A stretch of DNA of 64,000 nt. Origin: Pseudomonadota bacterium (GTDB lineage Bacteria; Myxococcota_A; Polyangia; JAAYKL01). The stretch covers positions 3,472-67,471 of the forward strand of contig JALNZK010000012.1 in assembly GCA_023229365.1 (NCBI GenBank), given 5' to 3'. The notes beneath the pieces are model-generated. The model was not told the origin of the DNA. It made no database searches and saw nothing but the letters and a program-made list of their open reading frames with translations. Made by a program: the position numbers and the translations under genes. Shown here piece after piece: positions 35,869 through 45,744 of the stretch; position 1 is the first letter of the stretch; each line of letters opens with the position of its first letter.

Positions 35869-36491
35869 ATCAGGTAGCTCAGGTTGTCGACGACGTCGTC
35901 GGGATACGGCGACACCGGCACCCCGCACAGGAGCACGGAGGGCGTCCCGGCAAGCTCTAGAGCGCCGGCGAGCGCCGCGTCGCGCTCCACTTCCGCCGCG
36001 ACCTCGTCGGACCCGAGATCCGCGGCGAACGCCTCCGTGTCGAGCCCGGCGGCCGCGGCGTAGGACGCGATGTGCCCGTCGGTCAGCTCGGCGGCGGGCT
36101 TGAGGAGCAGCGGGAAGAGCCTCCAGAAGGCCTCGTCCCCCTGCCGGTGCGCGGCGGCGGCGCCGACGGCCGCTGCGTACGCGCGCTCGTGGATCGACGT
36201 CAGCGGGAAGTGGTGGAACCGCACGGCGAGGGAGTCGGAGCGCCCGTCCGCGGCCAGCCGGTCGAGAAACGGCCCGAGACCGAACCACAGCTGCGCGGTC
36301 CCGGGGCACTGGAAGTCGCCGAAGATCGCGAGCTCGACGGGCGCGTCGCCCGGTCCGAGCCGCGGCGCGTCGTCGTCGTCGAGGGCGATGCCCTGGCCCG
36401 CGACGCAGTGCTCCACGGGGAAGTCGTCGCACGCGCAGATCGCCAGCGCCGCGAGCGCCACCTTCGTCAGTCGACGCAGACCTCGATGCAT
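35862..36491 (-). CDS. thioredoxin-fold (DsbA-like) lipoprotein with a degenerate active site (CPGT)
   Basis: Lipobox LAICAC; FGDFQCPGT in place of CPHC. Confidence 0.45.
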   Translation of the reverse strand: MHRGLRRLTKVALAALAICACDDFPVEHCVAGQGIALDDDDAPRLGPGDAPVELAIFGDFQCPGTAQLWFGLGPFLDRLAADGRSDSLAVRFHHFPLTSIHERAYAAAVGAAAAHRQGDEAFWRLFPLLLKPAAELTDGHIASYAAAAGLDTEAFAADLGSDEVAAEVERDAALAGALELAGTPSVLLCGVPVSPYPDDVVDNLSYLIY

Positions 36492-37165
36492 CCGGCCTCG
36501 ACCTCGATCGCCTCGAGCTCGATCTCGCCGCCGCCCTCCGCGGAGGCCGTCGCGCCCGCCTTGAAATCGTCGGCGCTCTCGATGCGCCGCGGAACGAGCG
36601 CCCGCCTCGCCCCTTCGCGCGGGGAGAGGCGCGCGAAAGCTTCCCGGAAGGCGGCGACCGAACCCGCGTCCGCGGGCCCGTCCGCGCTCGCCGCGCCGTG
36701 GAGCACGTGCATCGCGTCGGGCGCCAACGCCGCGCCCTCGACCTCGATCGTGCCCTCCTCGCCGTCGCGCTCGAACCGAACGAGCCACGTCTCGCCCACG
36801 AGGGCAACCCAGACGCGGGCGTTCACCGCGCGAAGCTCCGCCGCGCCGACGCGGATCACGGCGCCCTTCGAGCCGACGGCGACGCGGAACGCGCCGTTCG
36901 ACAGCTCCACGCGGGTCCCGCCGCCGCACGCGATCGAGGCGCGCGAGCCGTCCGCCGCCGAAACGAGGGCGGCGCCGCAGGCCACGAGCGCCGCGCCGTC
37001 GCCGCGCGCGAGCACCTGCCCCGGGGACGATCCCTGCGGCTCGAACGCAGCGCCCCCGTCGACCGGGACGAGCGCCGCGATCGGGGGCTCGGCGGCGGCG
37101 GGTCCGGCCGCGCCGAGCGCGAGCCCGATGAGGAGGAGTGGCGGCGCCGATCTCATGCGGTCCAT
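36467..37165 (-). CDS. secreted hypothetical protein
   Basis: Signal peptide MDRMRSAPPLLLIGLALGAAGPAAA. The long upstream extension of this ORF is antisense to the kinase gene and was rejected. Confidence 0.45.
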   Translation of the reverse strand: MDRMRSAPPLLLIGLALGAAGPAAAEPPIAALVPVDGGAAFEPQGSSPGQVLARGDGAALVACGAALVSAADGSRASIACGGGTRVELSNGAFRVAVGSKGAVIRVGAAELRAVNARVWVALVGETWLVRFERDGEEGTIEVEGAALAPDAMHVLHGAASADGPADAGSVAAFREAFARLSPREGARRALVPRRIESADDFKAGATASAEGGGEIELEAIEVEAGCIEVCVD

Positions 37166-37225
37166 CGTCGTCCCGGCGCAGAAACCTGTCAACCGCGGCG
37201 CGTCGGCGCTTGCGTTTGCCGCCCC

Positions 37226-38926
37226 ATGTTCTATGAAGCGTTGAGGGGGAGACGGGGAGCGGAGAGCGCGGTGGACGGCCACGACGCAGAGGAGCTCGGA
37301 CCGGACGTCGTCGAGCTGATCGAGCGTGTCGATCTGCTCGAGCGGCGGGTCCGCGAGCTCGAGGACGAGAACGCCCTCGTGCGGGGGCGGGAGCGGAGGC
37401 TCGCCGGGGTCCTCGAGTCGACGCCGTACGGCGTGGCGATCCTGGACATCGACGGGTTCATCATCTACCTGAACCGGGGCGTCCTGAGCCTCACGGGGTA
37501 CGAGGAGCGCACGAACCTGCTCGGCCGGCGCCTCGAGGAGCTCACGGACGCGGGAGGGCGCAAGACCCTGTCGGTCGGCCTGGGCGCGGTGATGGCCGAG
37601 CGCGGCTACTGGACGGGGGAGATCGCGATCCTCCACCAGGACGGCACGGCGATCCCGACGCAGATCTCGTGCGGGCGGTTCTTCGACGAGCGGCATCGGC
37701 CCAACGACGTCATCGTCACGCTGCGCGACCTCTCGCGCGAGAAGAGCTCCCCGCGGATGGAGCGACGCCTCGAGGACCAGGTCGTGCAGTCGCAGAAGAT
37801 GGAGGCGATCGGCACCCTCGCGGGCGGCGTGGCGCACGACATGAACAACGTGCTCACGGCGATCCTCAACCTCGGCGCGATCCTCCGCGAGGAGATGGGC
37901 GCGGACGAGCGGCACCGCGGCGACGTGGAGGGAATCCTCTCCGCCGCGAAGCGGGGCCGGGACCTGACGCGCAACCTGCTCGCGTTCGCGCGCAAGGGCA
38001 AGTACCGCCGCGAGCGGCTGTCGCTGAACCACGTCGTCGAGGAGGTGCGCGGGCTCCTCGCGCACACAGCCCCGAAGACCGTCGGGTTCCAGCTCGTGCT
38101 GGACGAGTCGATGCCGCCCGTCGAGGGGGACTTCGGGCAGATCTCCCAGGCGATCATGAACCTGTGCATCAACGCCATCGACGCGATGGACGGGGAGGGG
38201 ACGATCACCTGCTGCACCGGGACCGTCCGCCTCGAGGCCGGGGAGCTGCCCGGGTGGACGGAGCTGCCCGGCGGCGAGTACGCGCGGCTCGAGATCATCG
38301 ACACCGGCGCGGGCATGGAGCCCGACGTCCTCGAGCGCGTCTTCGAGCCGTTCTTCACGACCAAGGATCCGCAGCGCGGGACCGGCCTCGGGCTCGCGAT
38401 GGTCTACGGCACGGTCAAGAACCACGGGGGCGCGGTCCTCATCGACTCGAAGCGCGGCGCCGGGACCCGGGCGACGATCCACCTCCCGCTCGCGCGGGGC
38501 GGCGAGCTCCCGGTCCGGATCAGCGGGATCTTCCCGACGGTGCACGCGGCCGACGCCGCGGGGACCATCCTGCTCGTGGACGACGAGGAGATGATCCGCC
38601 GCTCGGTCAAGCGCGCCCTCGTGCGGCTCGGCTACGAGGTCGTGCTCGCTGGCAACGGGCTCGAGGCGCTCGAGCTGATCCGATCGCGGCGCCGCGAGCT
38701 GTCGCTCGTGATCCTCGACCTCCTGATGCCCGTGATGGGCGGCGAGGAGGCGTTCCACAAGATCCGCGCCCTCGATCCCGACCTCCCGATCCTGATCGCC
38801 TCGGGCTACGCCGAGGAGGAGAAGGTCGAGGCGCTGCTCGCCGCCGGCGCGAGGGGGTTCGTCGAGAAGCCGTTCGACCTCGCGCGGATCTCCGAGGAGG
38901 TCAAGCTGGCGGCGCGGGTGCTGTGA
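37226..38926 (+). CDS. hybrid sensor histidine kinase / response regulator (PAS + HisKA + HATPase_c + REC)
   Basis: PAS (GVAILDIDGFIIYLNRG), H-box VAHDMNN, N, G1 and G2 boxes (DTGAGM...GTGLGLAMV), receiver ILLVDDEE...D...K. Confidence 0.85.
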   Translation: MFYEALRGRRGAESAVDGHDAEELGPDVVELIERVDLLERRVRELEDENALVRGRERRLAGVLESTPYGVAILDIDGFIIYLNRGVLSLTGYEERTNLLGRRLEELTDAGGRKTLSVGLGAVMAERGYWTGEIAILHQDGTAIPTQISCGRFFDERHRPNDVIVTLRDLSREKSSPRMERRLEDQVVQSQKMEAIGTLAGGVAHDMNNVLTAILNLGAILREEMGADERHRGDVEGILSAAKRGRDLTRNLLAFARKGKYRRERLSLNHVVEEVRGLLAHTAPKTVGFQLVLDESMPPVEGDFGQISQAIMNLCINAIDAMDGEGTITCCTGTVRLEAGELPGWTELPGGEYARLEIIDTGAGMEPDVLERVFEPFFTTKDPQRGTGLGLAMVYGTVKNHGGAVLIDSKRGAGTRATIHLPLARGGELPVRISGIFPTVHAADAAGTILLVDDEEMIRRSVKRALVRLGYEVVLAGNGLEALELIRSRRRELSLVILDLLMPVMGGEEAFHKIRALDPDLPILIASGYAEEEKVEALLAAGARGFVEKPFDLARISEEVKLAARVL

Positions 38927-38954
38927 GCGGGGCGCGAGGGGCGGGGCCGGACTC

Positions 38955-40250
38955 TCAGCCCTCGGGCACGACGTTGACCGCGATTGGCGTGACGATGGGC
39001 GGCGCGGCCTTCGCCTCAGCCTCGGCGGGCGCCTCGGCGGGGGACGCGAGCGACTCCGCGACCGCGGCCTGGACGAGATCCGCCAGGGTCCCAACGTCGA
39101 CGGTAGCTTCCACGTCGACATCCGTCTCGGCCTCGGTCGCCGGCGCCTCGGGCGACTCCGTCGCGGCCGCCTTGCGCGCGAGGCGGATCTTCTCGATCTC
39201 CTCGGCCTTCATGCCCGCCTTGCCGTAGATCGCCTTCTCGCCGGGCCGCGAGTAGTCGATCCAGTAGGCGTCCTTCTCGCGGGTGTCGAGGTGGATGAAC
39301 ACCGAGTTCGGGTAGTAGCCGACGCCGACCTGATCGAGCTTCCGGACGAACGTCACCAGTCGCGCGTTCGAGACGCCCTCGACGCGGAAGTCGATCGCCC
39401 GGCCCTTGTTGTGGAGCGACTCGTTCTTCTGGCTCTCCTTGCGCGGCCGCTGGCCCGAGACGATCTCGAGCCGCTTGCCCGGGTACTGCTCGGCGACGCG
39501 CTGCAGCAGCCTGACGAGCCGCTCGTGGAGCGGGAACGGCACCGGCTGGCGGGGCGGAGCGGAGACGGCGGACAGCACCTCGATCCCCTCCGGGGTCGGC
39601 TCGCCGTTGCAGCGGCACAGGGAGACGGTCCTCGTCTCGTCGGTCCGGACGCGGTACAGGGTGACTGGCGGCTTCAGGCAGGGGACGATCTCGAGGATCT
39701 TCGAAGCGCCCGGGATGAGAAGCTTCTGCCCGGCGCGCACCCGGCCCGTGGCCCCGAGCCCGTTCGCCTTCGCGATCCGCTTCCACGGGATGTCGTAGAT
39801 CTCGGCGATGCGCGACAGGGTCACGCCCTTGGGCACGGTGATCCGCACGCCCTCGAGCGCCTTCGGCCGCTTCGCGACCTTCTTAGGGGCGGCGGCCGCG
39901 CCGGGGATCTTCAGCTTCGCCCCGGCGTGCACGTCGTCCGGGTCCGAGATCCCGTTGGCCGCGACGAGCTCCGCCGTGCGGATCCCGTGAGCCTCCGCGA
40001 TCTCGCTGAGCGAGTCGCCCGGCTGGACGACGTACTCCGGGGGCTTCGCGTCGGCCTCGGGTGCCTCCTCGGGCTCCACCCCGGCATCCGCCTCGCCGTC
40101 GTCTTGCGCCAAAGAGCCCGGAGGCGCCAGGATCGCCTCGGACGGACCGGCGGCGCGCGCGGTCACCGCGATCATCCAGGCCGCGGCCGTGAAGGCCAGC
40201 AGCGCCATCAGCTGCACCATTTGCCATCGGGGTTGCAGGCTCATGGTCAC
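38955..40250 (-). CDS. LysM-domain protein with a DUF882 / peptidase M15-like (YcbK-like) domain
   Basis: Two LysM repeats (YVVQPGDSLSEIA; ITVPKGVTLSRIAEIY) and an M15-like H..D...H region (LHNKGRAIDFRVEG...VFIHLDTR). Confidence 0.75.
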   Translation of the reverse strand: MTMSLQPRWQMVQLMALLAFTAAAWMIAVTARAAGPSEAILAPPGSLAQDDGEADAGVEPEEAPEADAKPPEYVVQPGDSLSEIAEAHGIRTAELVAANGISDPDDVHAGAKLKIPGAAAAPKKVAKRPKALEGVRITVPKGVTLSRIAEIYDIPWKRIAKANGLGATGRVRAGQKLLIPGASKILEIVPCLKPPVTLYRVRTDETRTVSLCRCNGEPTPEGIEVLSAVSAPPRQPVPFPLHERLVRLLQRVAEQYPGKRLEIVSGQRPRKESQKNESLHNKGRAIDFRVEGVSNARLVTFVRKLDQVGVGYYPNSVFIHLDTREKDAYWIDYSRPGEKAIYGKAGMKAEEIEKIRLARKAAATESPEAPATEAETDVDVEATVDVGTLADLVQAAVAESLASPAEAPAEAEAKAAPPIVTPIAVNVVPEG

Positions 40251-40366
40251 CTCCTCTGATAACTACGTAGGCACACACATGGGATAATGTCAAAAAAGAT
40301 ACTACATGTAGGCAAAACAAATCGAAAACCCTTGAACTTTCCGGGAGCTTCGGTGTCCATCGCCAT
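40251..40366 (+). promoter_or_regulatory. AT-rich intergenic region with a direct repeat TAC(G/A)TGTAGGCA upstream of the archaemetzincin gene
   Basis: CTACGTAGGCA and CTACATGTAGGCA about 35 nt apart; GC drop. Confidence 0.25.
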
Positions 40367-41119
40367 ATGAAAACCGCATCAGCCGCGTTCTGGATCGCCG
40401 CGTTCGCCATCGGTTGCGGCAACTCCACCGCCGCGCGAGCCCCGGACTCGTCCGCGGATCAGTCCGTCGATCCGGCTCCGATCTCCACGGTCGAGGCGCC
40501 CCCGGCTCCCGTCGAGGCGGAGGTGCCGAAGGCGCCGCCCGAGCCCCCGCCGCCCCCCAAGCGTCTCGCCCTTCTTCCTCTCGGCGAGATCCCGGCGAGC
40601 GACATCGCCCTCGCCACGAGCTCGATCGCCAAGACCTACGGGTGGATCGTCGACGTGCTGCCGCCGCAGGACCCGCCTTCTTCGGCGTGGTACGCGAAGC
40701 GGAAGCGCCACCGCGCCGAGAAGATCCTCGACTGGCTGCGGCCGCAGCTCCCCGAGGGCGCGGACCGGATCATGGCGCTCACCGCGCTCGACATCTCGAC
40801 GACCAAGCCGCCGCGCGCGGACTGGGGGATCTGCGGGCTCGCCGACATGCCCGGCACGGCGTCGGTGGTGTCCACGTTCCGCATCCGGAAGAAGATGGGC
40901 GGCGCGACCGGCGCCGAGCGCGAGGCGCGGTACGAGCAGCGGCTCCGCGATCTGACGGCGCACGAGTTCGGCCACCAGCTCGGCCTCGATCACTGCCCGA
41001 ACCGCGGGTGCCTCCTCGAGGACGCGAAGGGCACGGTGTCGACCTTCGACCGATCGAAAGGCGCGCTCTGCGCCGACTGCGCCGCGAAGCTCGCCGAGGC
41101 CGGCTTCCCGCTGCCGTGA
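40367..41119 (+). CDS. archaemetzincin-like (peptidase M54) zinc metallopeptidase lipoprotein
   Basis: Lipobox AIGCG; HEFGHQLGLDHCPNRGCLL (HExxHxxGxxHC...C). Confidence 0.8.
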   Translation: MKTASAAFWIAAFAIGCGNSTAARAPDSSADQSVDPAPISTVEAPPAPVEAEVPKAPPEPPPPPKRLALLPLGEIPASDIALATSSIAKTYGWIVDVLPPQDPPSSAWYAKRKRHRAEKILDWLRPQLPEGADRIMALTALDISTTKPPRADWGICGLADMPGTASVVSTFRIRKKMGGATGAEREARYEQRLRDLTAHEFGHQLGLDHCPNRGCLLEDAKGTVSTFDRSKGALCADCAAKLAEAGFPLP

Positions 41120-41167
41120 CCTCGCGTCGCCTTTGACACGGCGGGCGCGACCCTTTAAACGTTGGCC

Positions 41168-42346
41168 ATGGCCTATCCGAAGCTGTTCCTGAAGAAGGGC
41201 AAGGAGGCGTTCGTCGCGTCCCGCCACCCGTGGGTGTTCGACGGCGCCCTCGACCTCGGCCGATCGCGCGGCGCCGAGCCGGGCCCGGTCGAGCTGTGCG
41301 CTTCGGACGGCGCGTTCGTCGGGATCGGCACCTTCAACCCGGCGAGCGCGATCTCGGTGCGGCTGCTCGCGCGGGAGCGCGCCGAGCTCGACGAGGCGTT
41401 CTTCGCCGGAAGGCTGCGCACGGCAGCCGCGCTGCGCGAGGACGCCGTCCCGCGGGACACGAACGCGTATAGGCTCGTGAACAGCGAGGGCGACGGCCTG
41501 CCGGGCCTCGTCGTCGACCGCTTCGCGGATCACCTCGTCGTCCAGGTCGGGACGCCCGGGATGGCGGCGCTCGAGCCGGCGTGGCTTCCGGCGCTCGTCG
41601 CGGCGGTTCGGCCGGCCTCGATCCTGCAGCGGGCGAACCAGTCCGCGGCCAACCGCGAGCGGATGACCGCACCGAGCGGCCAGCTCCTGGGGGAGACGCC
41701 GCCGCTCATCGACGTCGCGGAGCAGGGCGTCCGGCTCCGCGTGGATCCGCACCACGGCCAGAAGACCGGTTTCTTCTGCGACCAGCGGGACACGCGCGCG
41801 ATCGTCCGCGGGCTCGCGAGGGATGGCCGCGTCCTCGACGGCTACGCCTATACGGGCGCCTTCACGGCGCACGCCCTGGCTGGAGGGGCCGCGTCGGTGA
41901 CCGCGGTCGAGAGCTCGCCGTCCGCGGCGGAGCTCGTCCCCGTCAACGCGGAGCTCGCCGTGGCGGGCGGGGCGCAGCGCGTGTCGGTCGTCCGGGGCGA
42001 CTGCGCCGAGCTTCTCGGCGCCGCGGGCGACGCGTTCGATCTCGTCATCGTCGACCCCCCCGCGCTCGCGAAGAAGCGGCAGCACGTCGAGAAGGCGGCG
42101 CGCCTCTACGTGGATCTCTTCGCGAAGGCGCTTGCCCGCACCGTGCCCGGCGGTTACCTCGTCGCGTGCTCGTGCTCCGCGGCCGTGGACCGCGGCCTGT
42201 TCGAGCAGATCCTCGCGGCCGCGTCCCGGGAGGCCGGGCGGGAGACGCGCATCGTCCATCGCGGCGGCGCCGGCGCCGACCACCCGACCTCGGCGTTCCA
42301 CCCCGAGGGCGAGTACCTCAAGGCGGCGGTGCTCTACGCGCCGTGA
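41168..42346 (+). CDS. rlmI: 23S rRNA (cytosine-C5) methyltransferase RlmI-like (PUA + class I SAM MTase)
   Basis: RHPWVFDGAL N-terminus; SAM-binding DGYAYTGAF; DLVIVDPP. Confidence 0.75.
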   Translation: MAYPKLFLKKGKEAFVASRHPWVFDGALDLGRSRGAEPGPVELCASDGAFVGIGTFNPASAISVRLLARERAELDEAFFAGRLRTAAALREDAVPRDTNAYRLVNSEGDGLPGLVVDRFADHLVVQVGTPGMAALEPAWLPALVAAVRPASILQRANQSAANRERMTAPSGQLLGETPPLIDVAEQGVRLRVDPHHGQKTGFFCDQRDTRAIVRGLARDGRVLDGYAYTGAFTAHALAGGAASVTAVESSPSAAELVPVNAELAVAGGAQRVSVVRGDCAELLGAAGDAFDLVIVDPPALAKKRQHVEKAARLYVDLFAKALARTVPGGYLVACSCSAAVDRGLFEQILAAASREAGRETRIVHRGGAGADHPTSAFHPEGEYLKAAVLYAP

Positions 42347-42361
42347 GCGAGTTCGGGTAAG

Positions 42362-43501
42362 ATGGGCGCGGAGCGTGAGCCGTTGAGCGAGCCAGGCACC
42401 AGCGAGACCAGGAAACCGACAGGGCGGCGGATCCCGTTGCGCGCAGCGGTCGGCGTCGCGCTCGTCGCGGCGATGGCCGCGGGAGTGCTGCTCCTGCGCA
42501 AGCCGGACTACGAGCCTATCGTGCTCGAGTTCAGCGGCGAGACGATGGCGACCACGTACCATGTCAAGGTGGTCGATCCGAGCGCGCACCCCGCGACACG
42601 GCAGGCGATGGAGCGCGGCGTCGCAGGCGAGCTCGACCTCATCAACTTCACGATGTCGCGCTTCGACGCGGAGTCGGAGCTGTACAGGTTCAACCAGCGC
42701 CGCGACACGGCCCCGTTCGCCATGTCCGAGACCGCGATCGAGGTGATCGCCGAGGCGCGGCGCATGGGCGAGCGGACGGGCGGCGCGTACGACGTCACGA
42801 TCGGGCCGCTCATGCGGCTGTGGGGCTTCTGGGGGGGCGCGCCGCGCACGTCGGTGCCGTCGGACGCCGAGATCGAGGCGGCGCGGGCGAAGGTGGGCCT
42901 CCGCCTCTTCGAGGTGGACGAGAAGGCGCGGACCGTGCGCAAGCTCGATCCCGAAGTCGAGCTCGATCTCTCGTCCATCGCGAAGGGCGCGGCGGTGGAC
43001 CGGCTCGCCCACATGTTCGAGGCGTTCGACTACGACGACTACATGGTCGAGATCGGCGGCGAGGTGCGGTGCCACGGTCTGCGGCCGGACCGCACGCCGT
43101 GGCGCATCGGGATCGAGAAGCCGGTGGACGCCGCGCACGAGGTGAAGGAGATCGTCGAGCTCTCCGACACGGCGATGGCGACCTCCGGCGACTACCGCCA
43201 GGCCTACGAGCTCGGCGGGAAGCGCGTGTCGCACACCATGGACCCGCGCACCGGGCGGCCGATCGACCACGGGCTCGCCTCGGTGACGGTCGTCCTGGAG
43301 GAGTGCATGATGGCCGACGCCTGGGCCACCGCGCTCAACGTCCTCGGGCCAGAGGAAGGGTACGCCGCGGCCGAGCGCGAGGGGCTGGCCGCGCTCTTCA
43401 TCGAGCGCGGGTCCGGCGGCAAGCTCCGCGAACGCGCGACCCCGGAGTTCGAGGCGGTGCGTAAGCGCACGAGGGGCGCCGACTCGGAGCCGGCCGACTG
43501 A
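42362..43501 (+). CDS. apbE: FAD:protein FMN transferase (ApbE family)
   Basis: GETMATTYHVKV; DVTIGPLMRLWGF; SIAKGAAVD; SGDYRQ. Confidence 0.85.
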   Translation: MGAEREPLSEPGTSETRKPTGRRIPLRAAVGVALVAAMAAGVLLLRKPDYEPIVLEFSGETMATTYHVKVVDPSAHPATRQAMERGVAGELDLINFTMSRFDAESELYRFNQRRDTAPFAMSETAIEVIAEARRMGERTGGAYDVTIGPLMRLWGFWGGAPRTSVPSDAEIEAARAKVGLRLFEVDEKARTVRKLDPEVELDLSSIAKGAAVDRLAHMFEAFDYDDYMVEIGGEVRCHGLRPDRTPWRIGIEKPVDAAHEVKEIVELSDTAMATSGDYRQAYELGGKRVSHTMDPRTGRPIDHGLASVTVVLEECMMADAWATALNVLGPEEGYAAAEREGLAALFIERGSGGKLRERATPEFEAVRKRTRGADSEPAD

Positions 43502-43567
43502 TCCCGCCCACGTCGATCATCCGAAAACGTCTTGTAGAATGATGGTACTGTTTGCACGTCGAACCTG

Positions 43568-43600
43568 AAACGCCGTACGAACGGCGCGTTTGTTCGGGGA
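43568..43600 (+). terminator. possible rho-independent terminator or 5'-UTR hairpin downstream of apbE
   Basis: AAACGCCGTACGAACGGCGCGTTTGTT: inverted repeat followed by a T-rich tract. Confidence 0.35.
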
Positions 43601-43606
43601 GGTTTC

Positions 43607-44653
43607 ATGCGGTTCCATCTTTTCTCTTGCTTGCAGACGCGCTGGCTCGCGGCGGTGCTCGCCGGGTGCGCGTCGATGGAAACGGCCGACAACGCGGGCG
43701 AGTCGGACGCGGATTCAGATAGCGACAGCGACACGGACGCCGATTCGGACGCGGACACCGATTCGGATGCGGACACCGACACCGCCTCGGATTCGGACAC
43801 GGACACGGACACAGACTCGGACTCGGGTACGGATAGCGATACGGACACCGACACCGACGCGGACACCGATACCGACACGGACACCGACTCGGATACGGAC
43901 GCGGACACGGATATCGAGTGTGGCGACGGGAACCTCGATTCCGGAGAGCTCTGCGACGACGGCGACAGCCCGCCCGCGGGCGGCGACGGCTGCGACGCGA
44001 GCTGCCAGATCGAGCGGTACTGGGCGTGCGACGGCGCGCCGAGCGCCTGCCATCACGTGAACATCCTGTTCGCGATCGCGAACGCCGACGACGCGACCTA
44101 CCGGGCCAACATCGCCGCGATCACGGGCGGCACGGTGGACCACTTCGACGCGGCGGCCGGCACGCCGACGCTCCTGCAGATGCAGGGCTACGACTGCGTC
44201 TACACCCACCCAAACAGCACCTACGCCGATGCGACCGGGCTCGGGAACCTGCTCGCGAGCTACGTCGACTGGGGCGGCACGGTCGTCATCGGCGTGTTCT
44301 CGACGTACACCTCCTTCGAGCTGGGCGGCGCCATCATGGGATCGTCCTATTGTCCGGTGTACAGCCCGTCCTCCACGAGCGTCGCGGGCACCTATACCTA
44401 CGCGGGGGGCGGCACGAGCCAGATCCACTATTCGGTTTCGTCGTATGCGACCGGCTACCGTGACGACATCGCGCTCCAGGGGGCGGGGATCGCGGACGGC
44501 GCGTACACCGATGGCGAGATCGCGCACGCCTATCGGCCGGACTACAAGGTCGTGTTCAGCAACGGAGACGGCAGCGCCGGCCTGGGCGGCACCGGCGACT
44601 GGCCGCGGCTCATGGCCAACGCGTGCTCCGCGGGCCACTACCTGGGTTATTGA
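43607..44653 (+). CDS. lipoprotein with a (S/T-D)n linker, a Myxococcus cysteine-rich repeat and a C-terminal uncharacterised domain
   Basis: Lipobox LAGCAS; TD repeats; [17 protein letters not shown]...[11 protein letters not shown]. Confidence 0.7.
   Translation: MRFHLFSCLQTRWLAAVLAGCASMETADNAGESDADSDSDSDTDADSDADTDSDADTDTASDSDTDTDTDSDSGTDSDTDTDTDADTDTDTDTDSDTDADTDIECGDGNLDSGELCDDGDSPPAGGDGCDASCQIERYWACDGAPSACHHVNILFAIANADDATYRANIAAITGGTVDHFDAAAGTPTLLQMQGYDCVYTHPNSTYADATGLGNLLASYVDWGGTVVIGVFSTYTSFELGGAIMGSSYCPVYSPSSTSVAGTYTYAGGGTSQIHYSVSSYATGYRDDIALQGAGIADGAYTDGEIAHAYRPDYKVVFSNGDGSAGLGGTGDWPRLMANACSAGHYLGY
43702..43912 (+). repeat. hexanucleotide (GAC-WCS)n repeat encoding the D-S/T linker
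   Basis: The hexamer GACACGGACTCG recurs. Confidence 0.8.
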
Positions 44654-44667
44654 GGAGGGGCGATCCC

Positions 44668-45744
44668 ATGCGCCTATCGAAACGGGTCATCGCCTTGATC
44701 GCTTCGTCCATCCCGTGGCTGGCGGTTTGCGCGTGCATGAACGCCACTATCGAGCCGGGCCAATCGGACTCGGACACGGACAGCGACTCGGACACGGACA
44801 GCGACTCGGGCACGGACAGCGATACCGACACGGACAGCGATACGGACACGGACGGCGACTCGGACACGGACAGCGATACGGACACGGACGGCGACTCAGG
44901 TCCGGACACGGATACGGACACCGACACCGACGCGGACACCGACGCCGACGCGGACACCGATACCGACACGGACACGGATGCCGATACCGACACGGACATC
45001 GAGTGCGGCGACGGGAACCTCGATTCCGGAGAGCTGTGCGACGACGGCGACAGCCCGCCCTCAGGCGGCGACGGCTGCGACGCGAGCTGCCAGATCGAGT
45101 GGTACTGGGCGTGCGACGGCACGCCGAGCCTCTGCCACCGCGTCAGCATCCTGTTCGCGCTCGCGGACTCCGACGACGCCACCTACCGCGCCAGCATCGC
45201 CGCGATCACCGGCGCCGCCGTGGATCACATCGACGCGATATCATCCACCCCGACGCTCGCGCAGATGCAGGCGTACGACTGCGTCTTCACGCACTCCAAC
45301 AACCCCTACTACGACCCGACGACGATGGGGAACAACCTCGCGAGCTACGTCGACTGGGGCGGGACGGTCGTCGTCGGCGTCTTCGCCCTCTCGACGGGGT
45401 GGGCGCTCGGCGGGACGATCATGGGCTCGGGGTACATGCCGGTCTACAGCCCGTCGGGGGGCCACTCCTCCTCGTCCCTGAGCTACTCCGGCGACGGCAT
45501 GTCCCCTATCCACTACGCGGTCTCGTCCTACTCGAGCGTGTTCCGCAACGACCTCGCGCTCCAGGGATCCGGGGTCGCGGACGGCCACTACACGGACGGC
45601 ACCATCGCGCACGCCTATCGAGCGGACTACAAGGTGATCTACAGCAACGGCTACGCCAACGCGAGCACGGGGTACGGCCCGGTCGGCGACTGGGCGCGGC
45701 TCATGGCGAACTCCTGCTCGGCCGCGTACCACTCGGGGACCTGA
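44668..45744 (+). CDS. paralogue of the upstream lipoprotein ((S/T-D)n linker, Myxococcus cysteine-rich repeat, same C-terminal domain)
   Basis: GAGGAGGGG RBS; near-identical [32 protein letters not shown] block. Confidence 0.7.
   Translation: MRLSKRVIALIASSIPWLAVCACMNATIEPGQSDSDTDSDSDTDSDSGTDSDTDTDSDTDTDGDSDTDSDTDTDGDSGPDTDTDTDTDADTDADADTDTDTDTDADTDTDIECGDGNLDSGELCDDGDSPPSGGDGCDASCQIEWYWACDGTPSLCHRVSILFALADSDDATYRASIAAITGAAVDHIDAISSTPTLAQMQAYDCVFTHSNNPYYDPTTMGNNLASYVDWGGTVVVGVFALSTGWALGGTIMGSGYMPVYSPSGGHSSSSLSYSGDGMSPIHYAVSSYSSVFRNDLALQGSGVADGHYTDGTIAHAYRADYKVIYSNGYANASTGYGPVGDWARLMANSCSAAYHSGT
44764..44997 (+). repeat. hexanucleotide (GAC-WCS)n repeat encoding the D-S/T linker
   Basis: GACTCGGACACGGACAGC periodicity. 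Confidence 0.8.

Noticed and set aside
35862-36929. N-terminal 145-aa extension of ORF 35862-36929
   Set aside because: The extension is Arg/Gly-rich and overlaps the opposite-strand gene. The plausible protein starts at the internal ATG at 36491, which begins a lipoprotein signal peptide.
37166-39228. Minus ORF 36467-39121 beyond nt 37165, and plus ORF 37669-39228
   Set aside because: The histidine-kinase reading frame (37226-38926) has complete H, N, G1, G2 and REC motifs. The others are alternative frames or the antisense strand. Only the last 233 codons of the minus ORF, which have a signal peptide, were kept.
40379-43270. 963-aa minus-strand ORF
   Set aside because: It is antisense to the archaemetzincin, rlmI and apbE genes, all of which have strong family motifs. 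Its translation is Arg/Gly/Glu-rich.
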